Notes: generated from the sequence alone by a model not told the origin. A DNA stretch of 64,000 nt from a virus (IMGVR_UViG_2740892352_000003:1-64000); one strand, 5' to 3'. Shown: positions 19,434-30,349, counted from the stretch's first letter. Numbers and translations are program-made.

Positions 19434-20655
19434 TGAATTATATCATAGTAAACAACTTGAAGTTCTTAACTTTGCTTTGAATAATGACTACTTCATGCTA
19501 ATTAATTATGGTGCTAAAAGAACAGGAAAAACAATAATTGACAATGATTTATTCTTACTTGAACTTAGAAGGGTTAGAAAGATAGCTAATGAGCTAGGTA
19601 TTAAGCTTCCTCAATACATCTTAGCAGGAGCAGATTTAGGAGCTTTACAAAGAAATGTACTAAGTGAGCTTACAAATAAGTATGACATTGAGTTTAAGTT
19701 TGACAAACATAATAGATTTGTATTGTTTGGAGTTCAAGTATGTTGCTTTGGACACTCAAAAACAAATGATTTAGGCAGAATAAGAGGTATGACTTCGTTT
19801 GGGGCATACATAAATGAAGGTACAGTTGCAAATGAAGAAGTATTTAATGAAATCAAATCAAGATGTAGTGGAGAAGGTGCTAGAATACTTGTAGATACTA
19901 ACCCAGACCAACCAGAGCATTGGTTAAAAACTAACTTTGTAGATAAAACAGATGGCAAGGTTATTCAATCTTTTCATTACAAATTAGATGATAATATATT
20001 TTTAAGTGAAAGATACAGAGCAAATATTAAGAAGTCTACTCCTAGTGGCGTTTTTTATGACAGAGATATAAATGGTTTATGGGTGTCAGCAGATGGATTA
20101 GTTTATCAAGATTTTAATAAGGATATTCATTATATTTCTAAGGATAAATTAAATGATATTAATTTTGTAAGATACTTTGCAGGCGTTGATTGGGGATATG
20201 AACATTTTGGAGCTATTGTTGTAATTGGAGAAGATGATAAAGGTAACTTATATTTATTAGAAGAACATTCAGCTCAACATAAGGAAATAGATTACTGGAT
20301 AGATAAGGCTAAAAGTATAAAAGAAAAGTATGGAAATATAAAGTTTTATTGTGATAGTGCTAGACCCGAACATTTGGCAGCATTTAAAAGAAATGGTATA
20401 AAAGCTTTTAATGCTAATAAAGCTGTATTGTCTGGCGTTGAAGCTGTAGCTAAAAGAATTAAAACTAATACTTTATTTGTAGTTCATGAGAATGTTAATT
20501 TATTCAGGAAAGAAATTTTTATGTATGCTTGGAATAAAAATACAGGTGAGCCAATTAAAAAGTGGGATGATGTATTAGACGCACTTAGATATGCCATCTA
20601 TACAGATTCCTTAGGAACAGGAATTAAAGTACTTACACCAAATGGAAGAAGGTGA
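19426..20655 (+). CDS. PBSX-family terminase large subunit
   Basis: GAKRTGKT Walker A, DTNP, GVDWG, DDVLDALRY. Confidence 0.95.
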   Translation: MIDELYHSKQLEVLNFALNNDYFMLINYGAKRTGKTIIDNDLFLLELRRVRKIANELGIKLPQYILAGADLGALQRNVLSELTNKYDIEFKFDKHNRFVLFGVQVCCFGHSKTNDLGRIRGMTSFGAYINEGTVANEEVFNEIKSRCSGEGARILVDTNPDQPEHWLKTNFVDKTDGKVIQSFHYKLDDNIFLSERYRANIKKSTPSGVFYDRDINGLWVSADGLVYQDFNKDIHYISKDKLNDINFVRYFAGVDWGYEHFGAIVVIGEDDKGNLYLLEEHSAQHKEIDYWIDKAKSIKEKYGNIKFYCDSARPEHLAAFKRNGIKAFNANKAVLSGVEAVAKRIKTNTLFVVHENVNLFRKEIFMYAWNKNTGEPIKKWDDVLDALRYAIYTDSLGTGIKVLTPNGRR

Positions 20656-20659
20656 TAAA

Positions 20660-22054
20660 TTGGAATTAGATGTAATAAAAAAGTTAATTGAACAAACTAA
20701 TAGTAAACATAGTAACTTTGTTAAAAAAGCTGATGAAGCTGAAAAATACTATAAAAATGAAAATGACATTATAAGGGATAGAAGCCCTAATAATATTGGA
20801 AAAGTAAATACAACTAATAATCCACTAAGAAATGCAGATAATAGAATACCATTTAATTGGTTTGGTTTTTTAGTTAACCAAAAAATATCATATCTGTTTA
20901 CTTATCCACCTACATTTGATGTTGGAGATGATAGAGTAAATTCAAAGATAACTGATATTTTAGGCGATAGATACCCAAAAGAAGCTAAAACACTTGGCAA
21001 AAATGCTAGTATATATTCTAAAGCATGGTTACATATTTGGGTGGATGATAATAATAACTTTCAATATGCTAATATAGACCCTCGCCAAATAAGAGCAGTA
21101 TATTCATCAGATTTAAACAGAAAGCTTCTTGCAGTACTTAGAGAATATAAAAAGACTGATGATAAAGGAAAAGAATATGTAATTTATGAGTATTGGACAG
21201 ATGAATGTTGTTATACTTATCAAAATAAAGATGGAAATAGTAATATCAATGGATTGGAGATACTTAATAAATTTATAGAGAAAAATTTAGATAATAAACT
21301 TGAAACTCAAACTAATGTATATAAACACAATTTTGGAGAAGTTCCATTTATCGAATTTCTAAACAATGATTTAGAGGTAAGAGATTTAGATAATGTTAAA
21401 CACCTCATTGATGTATATGACAAGGTTTATAGCGGTTTTGTGAATGATATTGAAGATATACAAGAAGTTATTTTCGTTCTTACGAACTATGGAGGTGCAG
21501 ACTTAACAGAGTTCTTAAAAGGACTTAAAGAATATAAAACTATTGATTTACAAAGTAGTGGTGCAGATGATAAGAGTGGGTTAAGTACAATTACAATAAA
21601 TATTCCAATTGAAGCTCGAGATTCACTTCTTAAAACAACAGAAAAGCAAATCTATGTCCAAGGTCAAGGTGTTGACCCTAAACCCGAAAACTTTGCCAAT
21701 ACAAGTGGTGTAGCACTCAAATTCTTGTACACTTTGTTAGAATTAAAAGCAGGACTTATGGAAACAGAGTTTAGATTAGGGTTTGCTAAACTAGTAAGAA
21801 TGATATGTAGACATTTAGGATATTCTCCTAAAAGGGTTTTGCAAACTTGGACTAGGAATATGATTCAAAATGATTTAGAACTAGCTGAGATATGCTCTAA
21901 GAGTGTTGGAATAATATCAGAAAAGACTAATTTAAAAAATCATCCGCTTGTAGATAATGCAGAGGAAGAAGAAAAACAGATTAAAAAAGAAAATAGCCAA
22001 CAAGAATATGATGATTTAATTCCTAATCAAGACGGTGGCATAGATGAAACATAA
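20660..22054 (+). CDS. SPP1 gp6-like portal protein
   Basis: FGEVPFIEF, NTSGVALKF motifs; position after TerL. Confidence 0.93.
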   Translation: MELDVIKKLIEQTNSKHSNFVKKADEAEKYYKNENDIIRDRSPNNIGKVNTTNNPLRNADNRIPFNWFGFLVNQKISYLFTYPPTFDVGDDRVNSKITDILGDRYPKEAKTLGKNASIYSKAWLHIWVDDNNNFQYANIDPRQIRAVYSSDLNRKLLAVLREYKKTDDKGKEYVIYEYWTDECCYTYQNKDGNSNINGLEILNKFIEKNLDNKLETQTNVYKHNFGEVPFIEFLNNDLEVRDLDNVKHLIDVYDKVYSGFVNDIEDIQEVIFVLTNYGGADLTEFLKGLKEYKTIDLQSSGADDKSGLSTITINIPIEARDSLLKTTEKQIYVQGQGVDPKPENFANTSGVALKFLYTLLELKAGLMETEFRLGFAKLVRMICRHLGYSPKRVLQTWTRNMIQNDLELAEICSKSVGIISEKTNLKNHPLVDNAEEEEKQIKKENSQQEYDDLIPNQDGGIDET

Positions 22055-23579
22055 TGATTATTGGAGAAAGAGATTTGAACAATTAGAAGAAGCTCAAAAT
22101 AACAAAAGTGTAAAATATTATCTTGAATTAGAAAAGCAATATAAACTAGCTATAAATAGTATAGAAAAAGATATATTAGCATGGTACAACAGATTTGCCA
22201 AAAATGAAGGAATATCTTTATTAGAAGCTAGGAAACTACTAAATACAAGAGAACTAGAAGAGTTTAAATGGAGTGTAGAAGAATATATTAAATATGGTAA
22301 AGAAAATGCTATAAATCAAAAGTGGATGAAAGAGTTAGAAAATGCTAGTGCAAGAGTTCATATAACAAGGCTTGAAGCTTTAAAGTTACAAATACAGCAA
22401 CAAGTGGAAGTGCTTTATGGAAATGAACTTGATGGTATTGATAAATTAATGAGACATATTTATACAAGTGGATATTATCATGCAGCTTTTAATGTTCAAC
22501 AAGGAGTAAACGTTGGTTGGAGTTTAATGAATCTTGATACTAATAGAATAAATAAAGTTATCTCTAAACCATGGACTAGTGATGGATTAAATTTTAGTGA
22601 AAGGATTTGGGGCAAACATAGACCTGCTTTAATTAATGAGTTACATACTAAGCTAACTCAATCAATTATTAGAGGTGAAAATCCAAAGAACCTAGTAAAT
22701 GACTTTTCTAAGAGATTTAATGTATCTAAATCACAAGCTAAGAATTTGATAATGACTGAATCAGCTTTCTTTGCATCAGCTTCAAGAAAAGATTGTTTCA
22801 ATGATTTAGATGTAGAGAAGTATGAGATTATTGCCACACTAGACTTAAAAACATCAAATATATGTAGAGAGTTAGATGGAAAAGTATTTGATATGAAGGA
22901 TTATCAAGTTGGAGTTACAGCTCCACCATTTCATTGTCATTGTAGGACAACAACAGCTCCTTGGTTTGAAGATGAAGAAGGTTACAGAGCAGCAAAAGGA
23001 GAAGATGGAAAAACATATTATGTACCATCTAATATGAAGTATAATGAGTGGTATGAGAAACATATAGAGGGTAGACTTGGAAAAGAAAAAGCTGATACTC
23101 TTAGAAAAATGCAACTAAATGAGAGTAAAGATAGAAAACAATTTGAAGAATATAAAAAGGTATTAGGAAATGAAATACCTTCTAAATTTGATGAATATCA
23201 ACATATGAAGTATAATGATACTATAAGGTATGAGGAAGCTAAAAAGCTTTATAAGGATGTAAATTGGCAAGTTAAGAATCAGAGAAATTTAACTAGTGGA
23301 AGTGTTCATTCAGTGCCATTTGAATCAAAACCAAATAGTGTATTTGATAATTACAAAGATGGTAAATTAATTCAAAGAAGATACTATGGTAATACAGGAA
23401 AACCTAGATTAGATTTAGACTTAACTGACCATAGAAACCCAAAGCAACATAAAATTGTACCTCATAAACATGATTGGTTAGCTGATGAAAATAACCATGA
23501 TAAGGTAAAAAGAGAGAAGGATATGGAGCTTACAAAAGCTCATAAAATAGCAAACAAAGATATTTTGAAAGGAGAGTAA
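22044..23579 (+). CDS. MuF/SPP1 gp7 minor head protein with C-terminal toxin-like extension
   Basis: APPFHCHCR MuF motif; extra C-terminal domain QRRYY...DLDLTDH.NP..H..VPHKHDW. Confidence 0.85.
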   Translation: MKHNDYWRKRFEQLEEAQNNKSVKYYLELEKQYKLAINSIEKDILAWYNRFAKNEGISLLEARKLLNTRELEEFKWSVEEYIKYGKENAINQKWMKELENASARVHITRLEALKLQIQQQVEVLYGNELDGIDKLMRHIYTSGYYHAAFNVQQGVNVGWSLMNLDTNRINKVISKPWTSDGLNFSERIWGKHRPALINELHTKLTQSIIRGENPKNLVNDFSKRFNVSKSQAKNLIMTESAFFASASRKDCFNDLDVEKYEIIATLDLKTSNICRELDGKVFDMKDYQVGVTAPPFHCHCRTTTAPWFEDEEGYRAAKGEDGKTYYVPSNMKYNEWYEKHIEGRLGKEKADTLRKMQLNESKDRKQFEEYKKVLGNEIPSKFDEYQHMKYNDTIRYEEAKKLYKDVNWQVKNQRNLTSGSVHSVPFESKPNSVFDNYKDGKLIQRRYYGNTGKPRLDLDLTDHRNPKQHKIVPHKHDWLADENNHDKVKREKDMELTKAHKIANKDILKGE

Positions 23580-23580
23580 A

Positions 23581-23829
23581 ATGGATAATAAATTTAAGAA
23601 TTTACAACATTTAATTGATTCTATTGATTTAGGATTAGATATAGAATTTGACTTATATAATAAACCATATAATATATCTATTGGAGATGATGATACAAGG
23701 TTTATTACTCTTTGCCCTAATGGAGATACAAAGTATTATAAAAATGGTAAGGATATGGTTGATAATTACAACATTGATGGTAAATTACTAAAGGATTTAT
23801 GGAAAGATATACAAATAGTAAATATGTAA
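23581..23829 (+). CDS. Putative immunity protein for MuF toxin
   Basis: 82-aa acidic ORF starting 1 nt after MuF stop, followed by terminator. Confidence 0.6.
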   Translation: MDNKFKNLQHLIDSIDLGLDIEFDLYNKPYNISIGDDDTRFITLCPNGDTKYYKNGKDMVDNYNIDGKLLKDLWKDIQIVNM

Positions 23830-23899
23830 AAGCACTTGCTAAGTTATAAATTAGTAGGTGCTTTTATTATGTAAAAATTTATTGAGAGGGTGATTTGAA

Positions 23900-24145
23900 A
23901 TGCTTAAATTATATATTTTATCAATAATTGTGTTTTGTACAGGGCTTTATTTATTTAAAATGAAGATTGATAGTAATGAGGAATTGATTGAGATTCTTAA
24001 AAATAAAAAAGTGAGAAGAAAGTGTAATTTTATTTTTATGGCTTTATTTCCACTACTTAATTTTATTTTAGGTGTGATATTTATCATATCTTCTTTACTA
24101 GTTAGCAATGAAGATATGATTAAAAATTTAAAGGGGGATAAATAA
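23900..24145 (+). CDS. Small membrane protein
   Basis: Two hydrophobic segments. Confidence 0.6.
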   Translation: MLKLYILSIIVFCTGLYLFKMKIDSNEELIEILKNKKVRRKCNFIFMALFPLLNFILGVIFIISSLLVSNEDMIKNLKGDK

Positions 24146-24146
24146 T

Positions 24147-24683
24147 ATGGCTAAATTTAAAAAGAAATCAGAGGAAGTAGAAGCTTTTAAATGGATATTA
24201 GGAAGTCCTAATACTCCTATATGGTTTTATCAAGCTTTTGAGAAGGGAACTATATGGCTTGATGAATCTTTAAACTCTATGAATCGTAAAGGTGAAGTAA
24301 AGAAAACTATCTGTATAAAATATAAAAATGGAGTTATTAGGGCAACTAATGGAGATTTTATTATAAAAGATAGTGAAGGCAAGATTTATTCATGTACATT
24401 TAGTGAATTTGAGAAGTTATATGAAAATTTAGAAAGAGGACATAGATATGTTGATGAAGATAACAACAAGAAAAATAAATTAGAACTTTCAGCTAAATTG
24501 GAACTAGATACAACTGATTTTGAGGAAAATATAAAAAGTGCTACAAAAGAAATTGAAACACTCAATGAAGTAGTAGATAGATTAGAGAAAAAATTAAATA
24601 GAATATTTGCAAAAGAAAATAAAGTTGATATAGATAGTATTGTAAAACAATTAGAGGAACGTCTAAGAGAAAGTATTGAATAA
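24147..24683 (+). CDS. Phage hypothetical protein
   Basis: KFKKKSEEVEAFKW...GDFIIKD...FEKLYE pattern. Confidence 0.7.
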   Translation: MAKFKKKSEEVEAFKWILGSPNTPIWFYQAFEKGTIWLDESLNSMNRKGEVKKTICIKYKNGVIRATNGDFIIKDSEGKIYSCTFSEFEKLYENLERGHRYVDEDNNKKNKLELSAKLELDTTDFEENIKSATKEIETLNEVVDRLEKKLNRIFAKENKVDIDSIVKQLEERLRESIE

Positions 24684-24701
24684 GTTTTGAGGGATGGAAA
24701 T

Positions 24702-24974
24702 ATGTTTAAAAAGAAATATATTAAAAAGCCAAGCAAAATAAGTGTTAGAAATATTATGGCATTTATTATTACAGTTGTTGGTATAGCTTTAGGTGTTTTT
24801 ATAGGTATCAACATAATCATGGCTCATGTTTTAGGTATAGCTAACATGGTAGATAATAATACTTTTACATGTGTTAGATTAGTTTATGGCTTAGCAGGAG
24901 TTATAAGTGGGTATTTGATAGGAAAAGCAATATACCTTATAGCTTCGCTAATAAGCCATATTATTTATGAATAA
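24702..24974 (+). CDS. Small membrane protein
   Basis: Two TM segments. Confidence 0.55.
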   Translation: MFKKKYIKKPSKISVRNIMAFIITVVGIALGVFIGINIIMAHVLGIANMVDNNTFTCVRLVYGLAGVISGYLIGKAIYLIASLISHIIYE

Positions 24975-25024
24975 TTTGTTCAAAGATTTTTTATTTTGTA
25001 AGAAATGAAAGGAGGGTTGTATTA

Positions 25025-25252
25025 TTGAAAGAGTATGTAATTTGGTTTAAGAGTGGAAATTGTGTATCTGGAATAACAAACGAAGATGTTACTGATAAGT
25101 TAATGAAAGATTTTATGGAAGCTGACTCAGATTGTAGGTATTTGAAAGGGTATTTAGATGAAGATGGAACAACTGTAATAGATTTATCACAAATAGAAGC
25201 TATATCAATAAATAATTGTAGTGAGAATAATATTGGTTTTAGTAAGTCCTAA
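25025..25252 (+). CDS. Phage hypothetical protein
   Basis: AGGAGGG RBS, terminator downstream. Confidence 0.6.
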   Translation: MKEYVIWFKSGNCVSGITNEDVTDKLMKDFMEADSDCRYLKGYLDEDGTTVIDLSQIEAISINNCSENNIGFSKS

Positions 25253-25297
25253 CAAGGGCTTTTTTATTTTCTAAAAATGAAAGGAGAATTAAATAAA

Positions 25298-25870
25298 ATG
25301 AAAAAAGGTGAACTAATTGCACTAGGTCTTAGTGAAGAAGATGCAAAGAAAGTAGAAGCTGAATCATTAAAAGAATTAGAAAATTATATTAATAAAATTG
25401 AGTATGAAAAGGTAAAAGAGGAACTAAAAGCCTCTAAAGAAGCAATTGAAGGTTTTAAGGATGGAATGACAAAAGAGCAGATTGAAGAGCTTAAAAAAGG
25501 CTATGAGACTAAATTAACTGCAAAAGATGAAGAATATCAAAAGAAATTAAAGGAAAAAGAACAAAAAGAGTTTGATATGGCGTTAGAAAATGAACTTATT
25601 AAACTTAATGTTCATAGCACTAAAGCAGCAAAAGCAGAACTTGATTTAGAAAAAATAAAATATGAAAATGGTACTTTTACAGGACTAAAGGAACAGACTG
25701 ATACTTGGTTAACTCAAAAATCTTTCTTAATAAAAACAGGAGAGACTAAGATAAATTACAGCCCCGATAATGGCAATAAAAATACATTAAGTAGAGCTGA
25801 AAATATTGCTAAAGAAAAGAATGAGGAAGGTTCTAAAAATCCATATGCTGACGCATGGAGTATAAAATAA
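25298..25870 (+). CDS. Capsid scaffolding protein
   Basis: ELIALGLSEE N-terminus, charged coiled coil, upstream of capsid genes. Confidence 0.8.
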   Translation: MKKGELIALGLSEEDAKKVEAESLKELENYINKIEYEKVKEELKASKEAIEGFKDGMTKEQIEELKKGYETKLTAKDEEYQKKLKEKEQKEFDMALENELIKLNVHSTKAAKAELDLEKIKYENGTFTGLKEQTDTWLTQKSFLIKTGETKINYSPDNGNKNTLSRAENIAKEKNEEGSKNPYADAWSIK

Positions 25871-25885
25871 AAAGGAGGATAAAGT

Positions 25886-26266
25886 ATGTATTTTAAAGAG
25901 GTAAATTTTGATAACACACCCGAGTTTCTAGCTTCTCAACACTATATTAACTTTTCAAAAACAGCATTAGATACAGATGTAGTGGCTGATGAAAATGGAA
26001 AGAAATATGTGTTAGCAGGTAGTTTATTAGGTGAGAGTGGCAAAGTGGTAAAGATAACCAGAGGAGGTTCTTCGGGTAGTTATACATACACATTATCAGA
26101 AGACCCTGTAGGAATAGTTTTTTCAACTGTAGATGTTACTTATGGACCACAACCAGTTGCATCAATGGTGGAAGGCTATGTAATAATCGAAAGATTGCAA
26201 GGTGAGTATGTAAAAGAAGCTATAGAAACTATAAAGACAAAATTACCAAATATTAAATTTATGTAG
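25886..26266 (+). CDS. Head decoration/auxiliary capsid protein
   Basis: GKKYVLAGSL motif; between scaffold and MCP. Confidence 0.7.
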   Translation: MYFKEVNFDNTPEFLASQHYINFSKTALDTDVVADENGKKYVLAGSLLGESGKVVKITRGGSSGSYTYTLSEDPVGIVFSTVDVTYGPQPVASMVEGYVIIERLQGEYVKEAIETIKTKLPNIKFM

Positions 26267-26277
26267 GAGGATGAAAT

Positions 26278-27297
26278 ATGGCAAGAGTAGAAGAATTATT
26301 GTCAGTTCAAGAGCTGATAAACTATACAAAGACTAGAAAATTAAAAGAAACAATGGGAGATTTATTATTTCCAACTCAAAAGATAGAAGGACTTGAAATA
26401 AAGATGATAAAAGGTGCATCTAATCTTCCAGTATCAGCAAGTGTTCATGCTTTTGATACAGAAGCAGAGATTGCATCAAGAGAAGGTGCTAATTTAAGTA
26501 TTGCTGAACTTGCACTTGTGAAAAGAAAAATTAAACTAGATGAAAAAGATATAATTGTACTTGAAGAGCCAAGAAACTCACAAGAAGAAACTCAAATGAT
26601 AAATCAAATATTTAATGATGTTGATAACCTTGTATCAAGTGTAAATACTAGAATAGAAGCAATGAGAATGGAAGTTTTATCAACTGGAGAACTTAATATA
26701 AATGAAAATGGAGTTAAAGCTTCTTTAAAATATGGAACTCCAACAAATCATAAAGAAACAAAAACTTGGTCTAGTGGAACACCAGATATATTAGGAGATA
26801 TTTATAATATGACTGATAAAATAGTTGTTGATACTGGATTTACTCCAACAAGGTCATTAACTTCTAAAACTATTTTAAATATAATCTTAAGAGATGAAAA
26901 ACTAAGAAAAGCTATATTTGGTGTAAATAGTGATAAACTACTTACTTTAAATGAATTAAATACATTTTTAGTTTCTCAATCTCTTCCTCCTATTTTTACT
27001 TATGATGAAAGATACAGAGTACAAGGCAAGGATGGTAAGTACACAACAAAGAGATTCTTAGATGAAAATAAGTTTATTCTTATGCCTGACGGCAAGATGG
27101 GAGATACTTTCTTTGGGCTAACAGCAGAGGAATTAGAACTTAGAAAAAACCCAGCAATAGATATTAGTTCAGTTGGAAATATAATTGTAGAACAATACTC
27201 TACTGCTGACCCAGTTGCTAAGTGGATAAAAGCAGTTGCAACAGCATTACCTAGTTTTCCTTATGCTGACCAAGTGTTTATGGGTACAATAAATTAG
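26278..27297 (+). CDS. Major capsid protein (Phage_cap_E-like)
   Basis: 339 aa, RIEAMRMEVLSTG, position. Confidence 0.88.
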   Translation: MARVEELLSVQELINYTKTRKLKETMGDLLFPTQKIEGLEIKMIKGASNLPVSASVHAFDTEAEIASREGANLSIAELALVKRKIKLDEKDIIVLEEPRNSQEETQMINQIFNDVDNLVSSVNTRIEAMRMEVLSTGELNINENGVKASLKYGTPTNHKETKTWSSGTPDILGDIYNMTDKIVVDTGFTPTRSLTSKTILNIILRDEKLRKAIFGVNSDKLLTLNELNTFLVSQSLPPIFTYDERYRVQGKDGKYTTKRFLDENKFILMPDGKMGDTFFGLTAEELELRKNPAIDISSVGNIIVEQYSTADPVAKWIKAVATALPSFPYADQVFMGTIN

Positions 27298-27307
27298 AGG
27301 TGTTGAT

Positions 27308-27652
27308 ATGGAAGTTGAAAGACTAAAAAAACTTTTAGGAATCAGTAAGGAAGATTATTCAAAAGAGATGATATTAGAGTTTATATTAGAAGATGTGGAG
27401 GAAATAGTTAAAAATTATTGTAATGTATCTGTTATTCCCGAAGGGCTAAATAGTACTGTTTTAAGGATGGCTATAGATATGTATAAAAATGAGAATCTAG
27501 GAAGTGAAGATATTGCACTAGGTTCTATTTCTTCTATATCAGAAGGTGATACATCAGTTTCATACAGAAGTTCAGCTAGTGAATTTAAGGAATCGTTACT
27601 CAAAGATTATAAGTCACAATTAAACAGATACAGAAAAATTAGGTGGAAATAA
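27308..27652 (+). CDS. Head-tail connector protein
   Basis: VKNYCN..IPEGL, SISEGDTSVSY. Confidence 0.85.
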   Translation: MEVERLKKLLGISKEDYSKEMILEFILEDVEEIVKNYCNVSVIPEGLNSTVLRMAIDMYKNENLGSEDIALGSISSISEGDTSVSYRSSASEFKESLLKDYKSQLNRYRKIRWK

Positions 27653-28014
27653 TGATGGATAAGACTAGAAAAGCAATAGAAATGTTATACAGAGATAAAT
27701 GTACTATAATTGAGTATCAGCCAGTCAAAGACCCTGTGACAAAACGAACTAACAATAAAGAAGTGATTGTATTAGAAAATCAACCTTGTAAGCTTTCATA
27801 TAAAAACATTAATTCTACAGAAGAAGGAAAAGTAGCTAAACTTGCACAAACCATCAAACTCTTTATATCTCCAAACATAAGCGTTAAAGCAGGTTCAAAG
27901 CTTATTATAACTACTCAAAATAACATAACAAGAGAGTATGTAAGAAGTGGAGAATCAGCTATATATCCAAATCATCAAGAAATAATACTTGAGTTATTTA
28001 AGGATAAAGCATAA
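27652..28014 (+). CDS. Head closure/adaptor protein
   Basis: NQPCKLS, IKLFISP, HQEI; position. Confidence 0.75.
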   Translation: MMDKTRKAIEMLYRDKCTIIEYQPVKDPVTKRTNNKEVIVLENQPCKLSYKNINSTEEGKVAKLAQTIKLFISPNISVKAGSKLIITTQNNITREYVRSGESAIYPNHQEIILELFKDKA

Positions 28015-28439
28015 TGGCTAGATGGGGCAGTGTTGATTTTAGAGAGTTTAAAAGAGTTTGTAAAAAGATGGAGAAGCTTACAAAGATTGATTTAGATAAG
28101 TTTTGCAAGGATGCAGCAAGAGAATTAGCAGCACGATTACTTGGGAAAGTAATTAGAAGAACACCAGTTGATACAGGATTCTTACGACAAGGATGGAATG
28201 GAGTGGCTTATGCTAGGTCGCTTCCTGTGTATAAACAAGGAAATAATTATATTATAGAAGTTGTTAATCCGACTGAATATGCAAGTTATGTAAATTTCGG
28301 GCATAGAACTAAAGATGGTAAGGGATGGGTTAAAGGACAACATTTCTTAACAATTTCAGAGATGGAACTACAAAGTCAAGTTGATAAGATTATAGAGAGA
28401 AAGTTATTAATCTTGTTGAAAGGAGTATTTGATGCTTAA
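28014..28439 (+). CDS. HK97 gp10-family protein
   Basis: TPVDTGFLRQGW, EYASYVNFGH. Confidence 0.9.
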   Translation: MARWGSVDFREFKRVCKKMEKLTKIDLDKFCKDAARELAARLLGKVIRRTPVDTGFLRQGWNGVAYARSLPVYKQGNNYIIEVVNPTEYASYVNFGHRTKDGKGWVKGQHFLTISEMELQSQVDKIIERKLLILLKGVFDA

Positions 28440-28869
28440 TAATATAATTGATGGAATATCTATTAAATTAGATAAATCATTTGGAAATGAATATACAATT
28501 TATAGTGAAGATGTGGAGCAAGGTATAAATGAACCTTGTTTTTTTATTGTTCCTTTAAATCCAAGCAAAGTATCATATCCAAGTGGCAGGACATTAAAAA
28601 AGAACTCTTTTGATGTACATTATTTTCCTCGTTCAAAAGATAAGAGTTTTGAAATAAATGAGGTAGCTGAGATGCTACTTGAGGAATTAGAGTATATAGA
28701 AATTGATGGAGATTTAGTTAGAGGCACAAATATGAATTTTGAAATTATAGATAATGTTCTTCATTTCTTCGTTGATTATAACTACTTCACTATAAAAAGT
28801 AATGATACAGAAAAAATGAATGATGTTGAATTATTTGGTGGTTTGAAGAGAGGTGATAATTTTGAATAA
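28432..28869 (+). CDS. Tail terminator (XkdJ-like)
   Basis: EQGINEPCFFI, DNVLHFFV. Confidence 0.75.
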   Translation: MLNNIIDGISIKLDKSFGNEYTIYSEDVEQGINEPCFFIVPLNPSKVSYPSGRTLKKNSFDVHYFPRSKDKSFEINEVAEMLLEELEYIEIDGDLVRGTNMNFEIIDNVLHFFVDYNYFTIKSNDTEKMNDVELFGGLKRGDNFE

Positions 28870-29038
28870 AACATTAAGCAAAGAAGATGACTACAAGTTT
28901 ACTAAGGAGCAAATAGTTAATTCTAAGAAGTATGTAAATAGAAAAGACTTATTAAATGCAATTTTAAAAGAAAATGAGTTATATTCCTTCTCAGAAGTAG
29001 AGGAAATAATAAATAATTTTATGAAAGGAGTGAGTTAG
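28862..29038 (+). CDS. Small pre-sheath tail protein
   Basis: FTKEQIVNSKKY..RKDLL. Confidence 0.65.
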   Translation: MNKTLSKEDDYKFTKEQIVNSKKYVNRKDLLNAILKENELYSFSEVEEIINNFMKGVS

Positions 29039-30349
29039 ATGGCTTTAGGTGGAGGAACATTTGTAACACAAAATAAGGTCCTACCTGGTGCATATATAAA
29101 TTTTGTAAGTGCTACAAGGGCAACCAGTTCATTATCGGATAGAGGTATTGTTGCAATGCCTTTAGAGTTAGATTGGGGCATAGATGAAGAAATTTTCACA
29201 GTAACCAGTGATGATTTTGAGAAGTATTCAACTAAGTATTTTGGATATGATTATACTCATGAGAAGCTGAAAGGTTTGAGAGATTTATTCAAAAATATAA
29301 GGTTGGGATATTTTTATAAATTGAATAAAGGTGTTAAAGCTAGTTGCAGTATTGCTACAGCTAAGTACTCAGGTACTAGAGGTAATGATTTAAAAGTTAT
29401 AGTTACAACAAACATTGATGATAACACTAAGTTTGATGTTGTAACACTTTTGGATAATAAGAAAGTAGATACCCAAATAGCAAAAGTTATTACAGACTTA
29501 CAGGACAATGACTATATTACTTGGAAGAAGGATACAACACTAGAAGCAAGTGCAGGGCTTGTATTTACTGGTGGAACTAATGGCGAATCAGTCACAGGAG
29601 CAGAGTATCAAGCTTTCTTGGATAAAATAGAAAGCTACTCATTTAATGCACTAGGCAGTTTGGCTACAACAGCAGAAATTAAAAGTTTATTTGTAGAGTT
29701 TACTAAAAGAATGAGAGATAAAGTAGGAGCTAAGTTTCAAACTGTACTATATAAAAAGAATGATGCAGATTACGAAGGTGTAGTATCTGTAGAAAATAAA
29801 GTTAAAGATACTGGGTTATTAGAATCTAGTTTAGTTTATTGGACTACTGGAGCTATAGCAGGATGCGATATAAATAAATCTAATACTAATAAAAAGTATG
29901 ATGGTGAGTTTGATGTTGATGTAAATTACACACAAATACAACTTGAAGAAGCACTAAAGAGTGGTAAATTTATATTTCATAAAGTTGGTGATGAAGTTCA
30001 TGTGTTAGAGGACATAAATACTTTTGTATCATTTACAGATGATAAAAATGACGATTTTTCAAGTAACCAAAGTGTTAGAGTACTTGACCAAATTGCTAAT
30101 GATATTGCAACTTTATTTAATGAAAAGTATTTAGGTAAAGTTCCGAATGATAAGGCAGGAAGAATAAGTTTCTGGAATGATGTTGTTAAACACCATAAAG
30201 AATTAGAGAATATAAGGGCAATAGAAGATTTTAAAACTGATGATGTTAGTGTGGAGCTTGGAAATGACAAGAAAACAGTTATAGTGAGTGATGCGGTTAA
30301 GGTTATAAATGCTATGAGTAAGCTTTATATGACTGTTTCAGTTAGTTAA
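29039..30349 (+). CDS. Contractile tail sheath protein (XkdK-like)
   Basis: MALGGGTF..QNKVLPGAYINF; VRVLDQIAND. Confidence 0.95.
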   Translation: MALGGGTFVTQNKVLPGAYINFVSATRATSSLSDRGIVAMPLELDWGIDEEIFTVTSDDFEKYSTKYFGYDYTHEKLKGLRDLFKNIRLGYFYKLNKGVKASCSIATAKYSGTRGNDLKVIVTTNIDDNTKFDVVTLLDNKKVDTQIAKVITDLQDNDYITWKKDTTLEASAGLVFTGGTNGESVTGAEYQAFLDKIESYSFNALGSLATTAEIKSLFVEFTKRMRDKVGAKFQTVLYKKNDADYEGVVSVENKVKDTGLLESSLVYWTTGAIAGCDINKSNTNKKYDGEFDVDVNYTQIQLEEALKSGKFIFHKVGDEVHVLEDINTFVSFTDDKNDDFSSNQSVRVLDQIANDIATLFNEKYLGKVPNDKAGRISFWNDVVKHHKELENIRAIEDFKTDDVSVELGNDKKTVIVSDAVKVINAMSKLYMTVSVS

